Below, piece after piece: positions 26,817 to 38,085 of a DNA stretch of 64,000 bases (position 1 is its first letter; each line of letters opens with the position of its first letter). Origin of the DNA: Octopus sinensis (lineage: Eukaryota); NCBI RefSeq assembly GCF_006345805.1, contig NC_043001.1, forward strand, positions 65,038,001 to 65,102,000, written 5' to 3'. The translations under genes and the position numbers were made by a program. A model generated the notes under the pieces. It ran no database searches, was not told the DNA's origin, and saw only the letters and a list, made by a program, of their open reading frames with translations.

Positions 26817-27905
26817 AAGGTATGAATATTTTAGATGGGGTAAATTAGAAAATAGTGTATACACACACACACACACACACACATATATATGTATATATAT
26901 ATATATATATACATACATATACATAGACATATGTGCATACATATATACATATAGAAACATACACATACATATGTACATATATGCACATAAGCATACATAT
27001 AAAGCATGCACATATACATATACACACATACATACACACACACACACACATATATACACACATATATTGTAATGACCTTGGATGGATGTGTTGTGCATGT
27101 TGATTTTGTTTGCATTTGGATGTATGGAAGAATTTAAAGGTGTGATAGAACCTATGACAACATGTAGAAAAAGCTTTGTTTTGTTTTTTTTGATTATTGT
27201 TGTGAATTGTGTATTAATATTTGGAAGGCTTCTTTTACGCATAGTCCACAATTGGATCGCTGGCCTTGATATGGGATCCTGGAATCTATTATGGCCCAAG
27301 ATATACTTTATAGTACCTTTCTGTTTATTAGATGGTGTATATGGTTGGCTAGTAACTATTAAGGACCTCAGGTGAGACACTTTTGTCAGCCCTGCACTCA
27401 CCTGTATATCACTTGATTGAAACTCAAACAGATAAACAACAATGAAGCCTACGCATCACCTCTAACAAATACTATAGATTATACTTGCCCTGTTTTGCCT
27501 AACAAAAGCATGGGTAGATCGATTCTCTGGTTTACACCCCCATTCGCCTTAAATGTTAAGGGCTTAGCCAAAACATTCTTTCAAATAGTAGATGCTAACT
27601 TCCCACATCACCATAAGTACCACTCAATCTTTAATAGATCTACTCTAAAATTATCCTCTCTGCCCAATATATAATATATTGTTACCTCTTCCAATAAATG
27701 TAAACTTAATTCCTACTACCTAAATATACATAATCATAACATTAGTCAAAGCTACGAAAACACTAATACCAACTTTGATGGTACACACCACACCCACAAC
27801 CCTAACACTACAACCAGAATTAACCAAGATACAAACATACCTGCATCCTATGAAGGTCGAAGTGTGACTGAGGTGACTGTTGATACTAATAGCACTACCA
27901 CTAAT

Positions 27906-28680
27906 CTGGGTCAACCCATAAATAATGCAGTTTTTTTTATACTTTTATTTTTCAAAATTAAGATAAAGAAAGTTCTTTTTTAATCTAAAATATACTCTCC
28001 TTCATTTTCTACAATGCTCTTCCATCTATCTGGTAGACTTGCAAGGACCCTCTTCCAAAATTCACTTTTCCATGACAAAAAATACTCCTCCAGTACTGTT
28101 CTGACTTTGTCTACAGAATTCATATTTTTTCCATCCAAATGATTTTGAAAACTGTGGAATAAATGATAATCAGACTCAAAAATTTTTTGAGGAACCCATT
28201 GACCCAATTCACTGACTCTTCTGATTGCACACAGGTGTCAATGAATAGTTGAATAACCAAATCCAAGCTTCTCTGCTAGTTCCTCAACAGTTATGATGGG
28301 ATTTTGTTCCACCAGGGTTTGCAGGACATCCTTATCGAGCTCTACAGATCTTCCAGGATGAGGCTTGTCTTCTAGACTGTAGTTTCCAGCTTGAAATTTC
28401 TGGACCCACCATGGACACTGGCTTACGCATATTGTCTGATCCCCATATGCTGCATTAATATTCCTTGCACTTTCTGTTGCAATGTTGTTTTTATTGAACT
28501 CATAAAACAAAATATGTCAAATATGCACCTTTGTCACTTCCATTATAGCTTTGAAAAAAATAACTGTTAAAACAGAACTGCACTCTTCAAAACTTGTTCT
28601 AAGAATAAGGACATGGTAAAATTATTACCTGCTTTTATAGCCAGTTGATGCAGGTAGTTTATCCCTTACCCCTCCAACGT
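27906..28680 (-). mobile_element. One-ended mariner of the same family as 351-1265, nested in the PLE
   Basis: TIR CTGGGTCAACCCATAAATAATGC, colinear similarity to 351-1210, and SDYHLFHSFQNHLDGKN. The second TIR is missing. Confidence 0.85.
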
Positions 28681-29554
28681 TTTTTTCTCCTACCTCTCTA
28701 TCAACATAAGTATCTTAGAAACTAGCTAATTTCAACTCAATTTAAAAAATTTTTATAGTTTTTTCAGATTTTAATTTTCTTGCTTTGTAATTTTAAGTTT
28801 AGGTTTTAAATTTAAATTTTGAATTTTAGGTTTAATTTGTAGTCATTTATCTCATCATTTATGGCTATGAAGCTTGAAATACAGTTTTAAATATCTGCAC
28901 TAAACTATTGTCCTTATAACCTTACCTAGATTGAACTTCCACCCCCATTCTACTGAAACTTTAACGTTTGACCTCTAACCCTCATATAATATTGATATAT
29001 CTATATTGTTACCTTTACTTTTATTTATTTATATCTTATTCTTTACCTTGTTATTTCTATCTTATTTATTTTTATTTCCTTTCTCCTCCTCCCATACACA
29101 AAACCCATTTAGGATATATCTGTCATTACCTTTTCTTTTATTATTTTATTTATATTTATATTTTATTCTTATTTTCCCTATTAATACTATCTTCTAATTT
29201 TTCTTCTATCCCTATCTTTCTCTCTCTCTCTCTTAAATACCAACTCACAAAACCCACTTATGTCCATCATACTTTTTCGCGCTATATACACATTTACAGT
29301 ATGAATACATCATTCAGAACACAGCCAAAATATTGCCTGGATTTACCTGGGATTTTAACTAAAAACCTGTACCTTCATGGATCAACTTCCATATCCTCTA
29401 GAAAAAGATGAGTTATGAACATTATTCTCCTCCTAACTACTTTTACTCTTCATTCTTCTATTTTACTCCTTTATTTTCTATTTTATTCCTTATAAGCTGG
29501 GAATTTTATTCCTTGTAAACTGTAAATTTACCCCATCTAAAATATTCATACCTT

Positions 29555-29630
29555 GTCTCTGATGATGGAATACCCAGTGCACGAACATGCTAACCAACCA
29601 CTTGGGTAATACTAGAAACAGCTGTAAGAC
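29555..29630 (+). ncRNA. Type-I hammerhead ribozyme, full consensus core (PLE pLTR copy 2; same sense as the host gene)
   Basis: GTCT(29555)-CTGATGA(29559-65)-stem II-GAAA(29615-18)-CAGCTG-TA-AGAC. Predicted cleavage after A29626; one nt differs from the 26741-26816 copy. Confidence 0.88.
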
Positions 29631-29715
29631 TTCAAATTAAATTATTCTAAATGACTTGAGATGCTCATTCTGCTTTTGTTTTGATTTTTCCTCAAATATA
29701 GTATATATAATTATA

Positions 29716-29771
<56 letters not shown>

Positions 29772-29999
29772 GAATTAGAGATAAAACCACTATTAGGCAA
29801 CTCAAACAGTGATAGACATAAACCAATACATAAATAACAAATAACATAAATATAAATAAATATAATTAATATAATATATAATATATATATATAAAATTAA
29901 AATTTTTTTCCAATAAGTATAAAAAGAATGATAAATATAAGGAACATACGCGTTGATATATATGGAAAAAAAAAGTCAAGGTAGAAAATGCTAAAATAA

Positions 30000-30035
30000 T
30001 TTTACCGGTTTCAGTCATTGAGACTTTTTCAACTG
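30000..30035 (-). ncRNA. Degenerate hammerhead motif (left arm of fold-back; stem I 3' strand deleted)
   Basis: CAG-TTGAAAA-AGTC(TCAAT)GACT-GAAA-CCGG-TA-aaa. Confidence 0.55.
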
Positions 30036-30176
30036 TAAGTATGACCTCAAACCCACAAGAGAAACAGAGACAGGCAGAAACAAGAAAAATGCCCCTTGTA
30101 TATGAATACTATGCAAATATTCTTTTAAAAAACTTTTCTTTTAATTTTTCCAAAATTTAATTGTTTTCCATACTTA

Positions 30177-30212
30177 CAGTTGAAAAAGTCTCAATGACTG
30201 AAACCGGTACTG
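30177..30212 (+). ncRNA. Degenerate hammerhead motif (right arm of fold-back)
   Basis: CAG-TTGAAAA-AGTC(TCAAT)GACT-GAAA-CCGG-TA-CTG. All stems pair; the core differs from CTGAAGA by two transitions. Confidence 0.7.
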
Positions 30213-30299
30213 AAATGTATTTAAGAAAATTATTTTAGCATTTTCTACCTTGAGTTTTTTTCCATATACATATATATATATATATATGCATATTATCAT

Positions 30300-30645
30300 C
30301 ATCATCATCATCATCGTTTAATGTCCACTTTCCATGCTAGCATGGGCTGGACATGTCACTGAGGGCTGGCAAACAAGATGGCTGCACCAGGCTTCAATCT
30401 TGATCTGGCAGATTTTCTACAGCTGGATGCCCTTCCTAACGCCAACCATGCCGAGAGTGTAGTGGGTGCTTTTACGTGCCACCGGCATGGGGCCAGTCAG
30501 GCGGCACTGGCAACGACCTTGCTCGAATCTTTTACACATGCTACCGGCGCGGGTGCCAGTAAGGCGATGCTGGTAACAATCACGCTTGAATGGTGTTTTT
30601 TACATGCCACCTGCGCGGAGGCCAGATAGCTGCTCTGGCAATGAT
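30300..30645 (-). mobile_element. (GAT)n-tailed SINE or RTE 3'-end repeat
   Basis: Shares CTACAGCTGGATGCCCTTCCTAACGCCAACC with copies at about 41780-42060 (-) and 53345-53695 (+). Confidence 0.75.
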
Positions 30646-30655
30646 ATATGCACAT

Positions 30656-31385
30656 ATATCTTAATGTAGGATGAAATTTTTTTCGAAAAAATTCTTTTCC
30701 AAAAAAAATCTTATCAATGGCCAGCATATTAAAAAAATACCTTTAAAGGTTAAATTTGTAAACAATTCATAAATAAGGGCAAACGAAAAAATTTCTAATG
30801 CCAAATATGCCGAAAAATTGGACATATTGTCCATTAACCATTAATTTTTTCACAATCGTACGCTACTCGAAATAAGGTTGACAGAAATTTCTAAAAAATT
30901 CCATTATTACCATATTGGACCGATTTCAGGGTTAGCTTGTAACAGCCCTTCCTTCGTCAGTGATACATGTGGCAAAAGAAATAAATGAGATACTTACTCA
31001 TACCCATGGAAGAAGCAAACACTAAGTCATGAGCACAATTAAGTACCCCAAATACATCCAAAATAGAAATACTCCAGCCCATTCGAGACACGTGCGATTT
31101 GAACTGATGCTCTCACAGAGTGAAAGAGTCCGGAAGTGAACGCTTAAATTTATATCTTAATGTAGGATAAAATTTTTTTCAAAAAAAATTCTTTTAAAAA
31201 AAAAATTTTATCAATGGCCAGCATATTAAAAAATACCTTTAAAGGTTAAATTTATAAACAATTCATAAATAAGGGCAAACGAAAAAATTTCTAATGCCAA
31301 ATATGCCGAAAAATTGGACATATTGTCCATTAACTTTTGGAAAACAATTTTTTTTCGAAAAAAATTTATCCTACATTAAGATATA
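30656..31385. repeat. About 180-bp direct repeat (30656-30838, 31152-31333) plus a ~40-bp inverted copy (31345-31385)
   Basis: TATATCTTAATGTAGGAT...GGACATATTGTCCATTAAC occurs twice; its 5' end reappears inverted as TTTATCCTACATTAAGATATA. Confidence 0.9.
30913..30965 (-). ncRNA. Decayed hammerhead motif
   Basis: TATCA-CTGACGA-AGG...CCT-GAAA-TCGG-TC-CAATA. Stem I is restored if both CA dinucleotides were CG (TATCG/CGATA), and stem III if TCGG was CCGG. Confidence 0.65.
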
Positions 31386-31390
31386 ACAGC

Positions 31391-31429
31391 TACAGACGCG
31401 TTTCAGGGTATTTGCCCCTTGTCAATGTA
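31391..31429 (-). ncRNA. Hammerhead motif with mutated core
   Basis: TACA-TTGACAA-GGGG(CAAATA)CCCT-GAAA-CGCG-TC-TGTA. Stems are intact; the core is CTGACGA with two transitions. Confidence 0.72.
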
Positions 31430-31479
31430 ATCTCTTTTAGAGAGACTTAGTAATTTTAATATTTCTATTATATATATAT

Positions 31480-31555
<76 letters not shown>

Positions 31556-31819
31556 ATATACATATATATATATATATATATATATGCATATATATATGCA
31601 TATATATATGCATATATATATATATATATATATATATCATCCTATCAGTTTCAGCTAAAAGCCGTGGCCATGCTAGGACACCGCCATTTTACTACACCTT
31701 TATTATTGAGACCTTCCTGTGGTAAATAAGGGAGTTTGATGTCACTACCCTTATTTACACCTCCTACTGCAAGGTAGGTTCATCTGTGACTCTTGATTGG
31801 AAGAGATCCAGTTTTGATT

Positions 31820-33430
31820 TGAAAGCACCTACATCCACTTTGTGTAGGTCCCTCTGGCTCTTTGGGAGAATATTAAAAAGCTGTGGGCTCCTGAAATCCA
31901 GGCTGTTTCAGTAACTGGCCCTGTAATGCGATGGCATTGCTGGGATTTTTGGCACTGTGCAGTGTCTACTCGTTCTAGCATTGGTGTAGCTTTCAATGCC
32001 AAAATTTGGCGTAATCCCTTCCAGGATCTTCCAGATGTATATTACTGCATATCTCTCCCGCCTTCACTCCAGAGAGTAGAGTCTTAGCTGTTTCAGCCTT
32101 TCCCAGTAGCTGAGCTGTTGCAATGAGATGATCCTCTTCGTGAAGCTTTGCTGAATTGCTTCAAGGTCCACTGTTAATTTACCACTGTGAGGTGACCATA
32201 GCTGGGAGCAGCAGTTCCGGTGGCTGAGGACAAATGTCCTCCAGAGGACCATCATGGTTTCTTTCTCTCTGGTTCTGAAGGTTCTCAGATTCCAGCCAGC
32301 CAGCCAGCCGTCTGCACTTTGTCACCATCTTGGCAATGTGCATTCGGAAAGAGGTATTACCACACATGTCGATACCCAGGTCCCACACTGATTTAGGTTC
32401 TGGGATTGTAATCCCCCTCGGGCCAGTGTATCTGTGAGTTTTACATTCAGTTTTGGGTGATGGTTGTGCAAGGCTTGGATCTGTCCAGCATTAAACTGCA
32501 TATTATTCTTCTCAGCCCATCTGTAAATTGAGTCCAACTCTTACTGCAGGTGTACAACATCGCTAGGGTTTTGTATTTTCTATGAGACTTTCATATTGTC
32601 TGCGTGGCTATTTGGGCAGCTGAGAGCCACTATTAACCAGTCTTCGAGTTGTCCAGCTATGCTGAGATCACACAGTTTGTGGCATATCATACCATGATCA
32701 ACTTTATCAAATGCTTTTGCAAAGTCAAGGTATATTACGTCCACATTTGAGTTGTTGAGTAACTGCCTCAACACCCAGTCATAGTGCTGTAGGAGCTAGA
32801 TAGGCAGCTTCTACCTGGTTGAAAGCCATGCTGGGTATCACTCAGCAAGTCATTTTCTTCAAGGAATGCAATTAGTTTCCCTCTGACTATTCGTTCCATG
32901 ACTTTGCTGATGAGTGAAGTCAGAGAGATAGGCCTATAGGTTTTGGCATCTGCTCTGCTTCCTCCTTTATGGATTGGGCATATCATTCCCTACTTCAGCT
33001 TGCTTGGCAGCTTGCCATTTGCAAGAAAGCTCTGGAAGAAAATCTGTAGTGGTTTTGCCAGGGCACGTTTACATGATTTGAGGGCGACTACTGGGAAACC
33101 ATCAGGGCCAGCAGTTGAGCCTGCATCCACCTCATCTATGGCTAGTATTTTCTTCTTCCCCAATGTCAATGTAATCCATTGTAACTGCCTTGCTGTTTAT
33201 TGGTGAGGCAGCAAAGAAATCCACTGGCTCGTTTACTTTTCTATGTTGTACGGGGTGGTAAAGACACTTTTGAAATGGTCATTCAGTACCTCACTGATCT
33301 TGGTTGGGTTATCTGTGAGGGAGCCATCATTCTGGAAGACAGGGTCCTATTTTGCAGCATATTGAGGCTGTTTCTTAGGCATAATGAAAGAAGGCCTTTG
33401 GTCCCAATTACACTGATGGAGCATTAACCC
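31820..33430 (-). mobile_element. Decayed CR1/L2-group LINE (RT portion)
   Basis: CPIHKGGSRADAKTYRPISLTS, DTQHGFQPGRSCLS, YLDFAKAFDKVDHG, LSYWERLKQLRLYSLE. Confidence 0.85.
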
Positions 33431-33709
33431 AAAGCTATAATAGAAGATACTTGTCCAAGATTTCATACAGTGAGATTGAACCTGAAATCATATTGTGAAA
33501 CAAACTTCTAAACCCACAACCATGGTTTAACCCATTTATGACTTATGTTCATTCATGTTCTTAAAAAAATAAAACATTTCATACAAAGTATCTAATTAAT
33601 TAAACAAAGATCATTAATTCTTGCATTTTACCAATAAATTAATAGATTTAAGCAACAACTGATCCTGATTTTTTGGTGATATGTCATTCAGTTTACTTCT
33701 TTTTTTTAG

Positions 33710-33852
33710 ATTATGATGAGAAACCACTAAAATTTGGAAATTTTGATCAGAATATGGAAAAGTCAAAAAACAATGAAGACGTTTCTTCCTCATGTTATGT
33801 GAATTTACCTCCAATACCATCCCATATCAGTTTAGTAGCCACAAAACCAAAG
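33710..33852 (+). CDS. KIAA1549-like: Exon 6 in window, cytoplasmic tail
   Basis: Acceptor cttcttttttttag, donor AAG|gtaaac, phase 1 to 0. DYDEKPLKFGNFDQNMEK...YVNLPPIPSHISLVATKPK. Confidence 0.7.
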
Positions 33853-34639
33853 GTAAACTTTTGGATATAAATAGTCAGCTAGCATTCATGGTCTTTTATT
33901 TCTATTAATTCCTTTGTTTCATATCATTTCAATGTATTAACCTCTATAATGTATTGACTGTTATAATGTGTTAACTATTATAGTGTGTTAAACACTATGT
34001 CTTAGCTGCTTTATGTGGTATCTGTTGTTGTATGTTATATATTTGTTATGTATTGTTCTGGGCAACACTGCAATCTGCATTCAGAAGTGAGGCTCTAGCT
34101 GAGGAGCTATGGAGTTACATCTTAGTCACCCATACTCCCGGTTCTGTTCAGTTTCAGAGTGGTAGTACCTATCAAGGGACTTAATAATGCATCAAATAGC
34201 AAAAAATGGTTCAATGGCTAAAGGCATAAAGGACTTAGAAGAGAGATGGTTACTAGACTTGTGTCACACGGATTCACTGGTGTGTGGACATACCATCATT
34301 TCACATGAACCAGTCTCCCTTCCTAAGGATTAAATATGCCATGTCTCTCAAGTACAAACTCAAGAGAGCAAGAGATTAGTAGAAGGTTACAGGAAACCAC
34401 TGTTGTATTTTTCTTCAAGAAAGATCATTAATCTTCAGACTAAGAAGATCCATGATTGCCTATGCTTGTAGGTGTGGAACATAATGTGAAAGAGGTTAAC
34501 TGTTATAACATGTTAACCTCTATGTGTCAATTGTTATGTATTAATGTACAATGTGTTGATCGTTATGCATTAATTTTATTGTTAACATCATTGTTTTATG
34601 TCTGCTAAATTAACCTTGGGGTTATATCTTTACTGTGCT

Positions 34640-37600
34640 TGTAATTAGACACAAGGTCGGAGAAACCTAATATCCAAACTAAAGATGAGGAAACAAATGG
34701 GAGAGAAGGGTTTACGAATCCAAGATGGGCAGATAATCAAGTCCTACCTCTGGTCCCATGCTGTAGTGCTGACAGGGAAAGTGATGTGAGGGCAAATCGA
34801 AGTGAAGTTGATACCCCCGTCAACGATGCTATCTCTGATACCCCTTATTCTGCTTGTTCCCCAACTCCCGCCCCTCAGACTTCACAGCTCAGCATCGTCT
34901 ACACCAACTCGTGCTCCTTATTCCCAAAGTTCAGTGAACTATTTACACTGGCCATACGTGACTCCCCTGATGTGATAGCTATCACCGAGACTTGGCTGAC
35001 TCCAGCAGTAAAGGACTCAGAAATCCACCTGCAGGGCTACGTCCTTTTCAGATGTGACAGAGGAAAAGGGCGAGGTGGAGGTGTTGCTGTGTGTGTTAAG
35101 TCTGAGCACAAACCGTCCAGCGGTATTCTACCCACTAATGCTCAACCTACAACAAAATTCGATGCCGTCTATTGCAAGCTGAGCCTATCTGAGTTTTGCC
35201 TGCCTGTGTTGGCTGTCTACAGGCCGCCTCTTGCCGACCCCCAGGACGATGCTCATTTACTCGAAGCGATAAGATTCGTTTCAGCTTCGCATGACTGTTT
35301 GGTACTAGGAGACTTCAACGCTCCCACGATCGATTGGCCCGCATCAATTTGTACAACATCTTCCCGGTTTGGTCAGGCCCTTCTGGACGTGGCTGAAGAT
35401 TGTTTTCTATCGCAACATGTTGAATATCCGACAAGGCATCGGTCTGGGCAGCAGCCATCTATGCTGGATCTGGTATTCTCCCGCTATCCAAGATCAGTGT
35501 CAGACGTATCTGTGTGCGCCCCTCTTGCCAAGAGTGATCATGCGGTCCTGAAGTTCGTCATGCACACAACTTTTTCTACGCCCACGACTACTTCGCTGCC
35601 ACGTAGAGTCTTCTCTGCAATTAATCTTGAAATTCTAACCGAGGCTTCCGCGCTTCTGGACTGGCGATCCCTGATGACGTTGTCCTCAGTTGACGAACTA
35701 TGGTCATCCCTCAAAGCATATGTAATCTGTTTGACTGACCAGGCAGTTCCCGTTGGGCTTCCCAAGAGGAAGAAACACAAGCCCTGGGTGACGAAGAAGG
35801 TTAAATGAGAACGTCGACTCAGAGATATTGCTTGGGCTGAATTCAAAAATCTGGATTCGACTGCAGCTTTTGAGGTGTACAAAACTCAACGAGACCGAGC
35901 CGTGAAAATTGAAAAGAAAGAATGCTTCAGTTATGAATACAAAATCGCAGCAAATGCCAGTAGCAATCCAAAAACCTTCTTTGCCCATGTCCAGCGGAAT
36001 TCCCGCTTGAACAACCAGATTGCAACGTTGGTAGACTCAACAGGCGTATCGATTGAGGACCCTTATCAACAGAGTCAATTATTTGCCGAGGCTTTTTCAA
36101 CTATTTTCAAACAAGATGATGGTCGTGAACCCCCTCCATTTGATAGATCGGTACCTCCAATGCTTCGATTGGTCATCGCGCGGGACGAAGTCAAACGTGT
36201 TATTCAAGGCCTCGATGTCAACAAGGGTCACGGCCCTGACGGCATACACCCACGGGTTATCAAAGCGTTGGCTCCGGTCATCTGCGAGCCCTTAACACGA
36301 CTATTCAATATGTCATTGGCGACGGGTGTTATACCTGCAGACTGGAGAACAGCGATAATCTGCCCAATTTTCAAGAAAGGGAGCCGCGAAGACCCGCCTT
36401 AACTACCGACCGGTTTCCCTTACATCAATAATCAGCAAGATGTTCGAAACCATCCTTAAGAAAAGTATGATGCTCCACCTCCTAAACACAGCCTCTATCT
36501 CTGATTCCCAACACGGCTTCGTGCCGAAGAGATCATGCTTGACCAACTTACTAGTAATGGAAGAATTGGTGACGTGCATCCTCGATGATAGTGATGCTGT
36601 TGACATCGTTTTATTGGACTTTGCCAAAGCTTTTGACTCGGTAAACCACCGCCTATTACTTGTCAAGCTTCAAGCATATAGTTTCCATCCGGATATTGTA
36701 CGATGGGTTGGTGCCTTCCTCTCAGATCGCTCCTTCCAAGTCCAAGTTAATGGTTCGCGGTCCGACGTCTCCAGTGCAAGCAGTGGCGTGCCTCAAGGTT
36801 CAGTGCTTGGGCCCTTGTTGTTCTTAGTCTTCATAAATGACTTGCCCGACGACCTCACGCAACACACCCTTCTATTTGCCGACGATATCAAACTGGTCGC
36901 TCCTCGCGGTAATATAGAGGTTCTTCGTCGATGCCTCCACCAAATTTGGAAGTGGTCTAACGATTGGGTCATGTGTCTGAACGTGTCAAAGTGCTGTCAT
37001 CTGCCTGTCGGCTCTACTCCTGCAACTCAACTTGATTTCGAGCCGGGTCGTCTGCTGCTGGAGAGGACCGATCAGGTAAAGGACCTGGGTATCTTGTTGG
37101 ATTCCTCCTTTTCGCCTTCGGCCCAGTGCATCCATGCTGCCAACAAAGCACGCGGAATTCTGTTCTTGATTCGACGGTCATTCGGAATGCTCACGGCAGC
37201 CATATTCCTACCACTCTATGTCACGGTGGTGAGACCCATATTGGAGTATGGGATTCAAGCCTCTTCTCCTTATCTCCTCAAAGACATACAGCATCTCGAA
37301 AGAGTCCAGAAGCTGGCTACCCGCATGGTTCTTGGTCTCAAAAATTTGTCCTACGAAGAAAGGCTGAGGACGCTCGACCTTTATTCTCTTGAAAAACGCC
37401 GCCGCCGCGGTGATCTCATTCTCGCCCACAACATCATAAGCGGAAAGTGTAACCTCTCGAAGAGCTGTTCTTCTCACTCCTGCTCCAGAGCGTCGGCTGC
37501 GGGGTCATTCCGAAAAGCTCTACCTGCGACGATTTCATCTTAATCGAAGGAGAGGAGCTTTCTCCTGTTTCCTGACCGGGTGGAACAAGCTGCCAGACGA

Positions 37601-37757
37601 GATGGTGAAGATGCCGACGACCGCTTTGTTCAAAGCCTCCCTGGACCTCAAGTGGCCTGAACTCTTTACATGAACACCACCCTGTACTTAACTCCATGTC
37701 CCCCTACATGGCCTTGCTATTTGCTTTTGAGCCAAATTAACTAACTAACTAACTAAC
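34640..37757 (+). mobile_element. 5'-truncated, near-intact CR1-group LINE (ORF1 tail + ORF2 EN-RT) with (TAAC)n tail
   Basis: ORF1 end RKQMGEKGLRIQDGQII. EN IAITETW, GDFNAP, LDLVF, SDH. RT QHGFVPKRSCLTNL, LDFAKAFDSV, GVPQGSVLGP, FADDIKL. Lesions: TGA at 35806-08, +1 frameshift near 36397, frameshift near 37460-37480. Tail TAACTAACTAACTAAC at about 37738-37757. Confidence 0.93.
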
Positions 37758-38085
37758 ATACATATATATGTACTAGTAATTAGCCATTAGTTACCAATAA
37801 TTAACTATCAATGATGTAGATACTGTAATAGTACAGTTCCATATTAGTTGCGTCTTAGTGAAGCAGATTACACAAAATGGTTTTATCTTTGAAGATTAAC
37901 TTTTCCCCTTACTTTTATTGGATTAAGCCTATGGAGCTCTGTCTTCAATGAGTTAATTATATCATTTCTAACACTTTTGTCTGCTCATTGTTTCATAATT
38001 TTTTGTAAGCTACAAATTACAGATAAGACACTGGGAGATATAAGGTTTTTGTGCAAATTTGTTGGTGCATAACCTAATGCGCCTA

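Larger units (their letters stand above)
26663..29693. mobile_element. Penelope-like element (PLE) with inverted pseudo-LTRs and a nested mariner
   Basis: Inverted repeats at 26663-26846 and 29525-29693. + strand 27417-27674 has RSILWFTPPFALNV...HSIFNRSTLKLS. Minus strand 27090-27370 has LANHIHHL...SISWAIIDSRIPY...CGLCVKE (C-terminus of the GIY-YIG region). Confidence 0.85.

Noticed and set aside
28968-29411. 147-aa hydrophobic ORF
   Set aside because: It arises from T-rich low-complexity sequence within the PLE remnant, with no splice support.
34648-34790. taattag acceptor before an open frame, as a possible host exon
   Set aside because: The phase-0 reading is the LINE ORF1 C-terminus (GEKGLRIQDGQII) and the other frame runs into ORF2; the gene's phases close without it.
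36408-36417. GACCGGTTTC, the reverse of the hammerhead GAAACCGGTC
   Set aside because: It lies in LINE coding sequence (YRPVSL) with no CUGANGA partner or stems.
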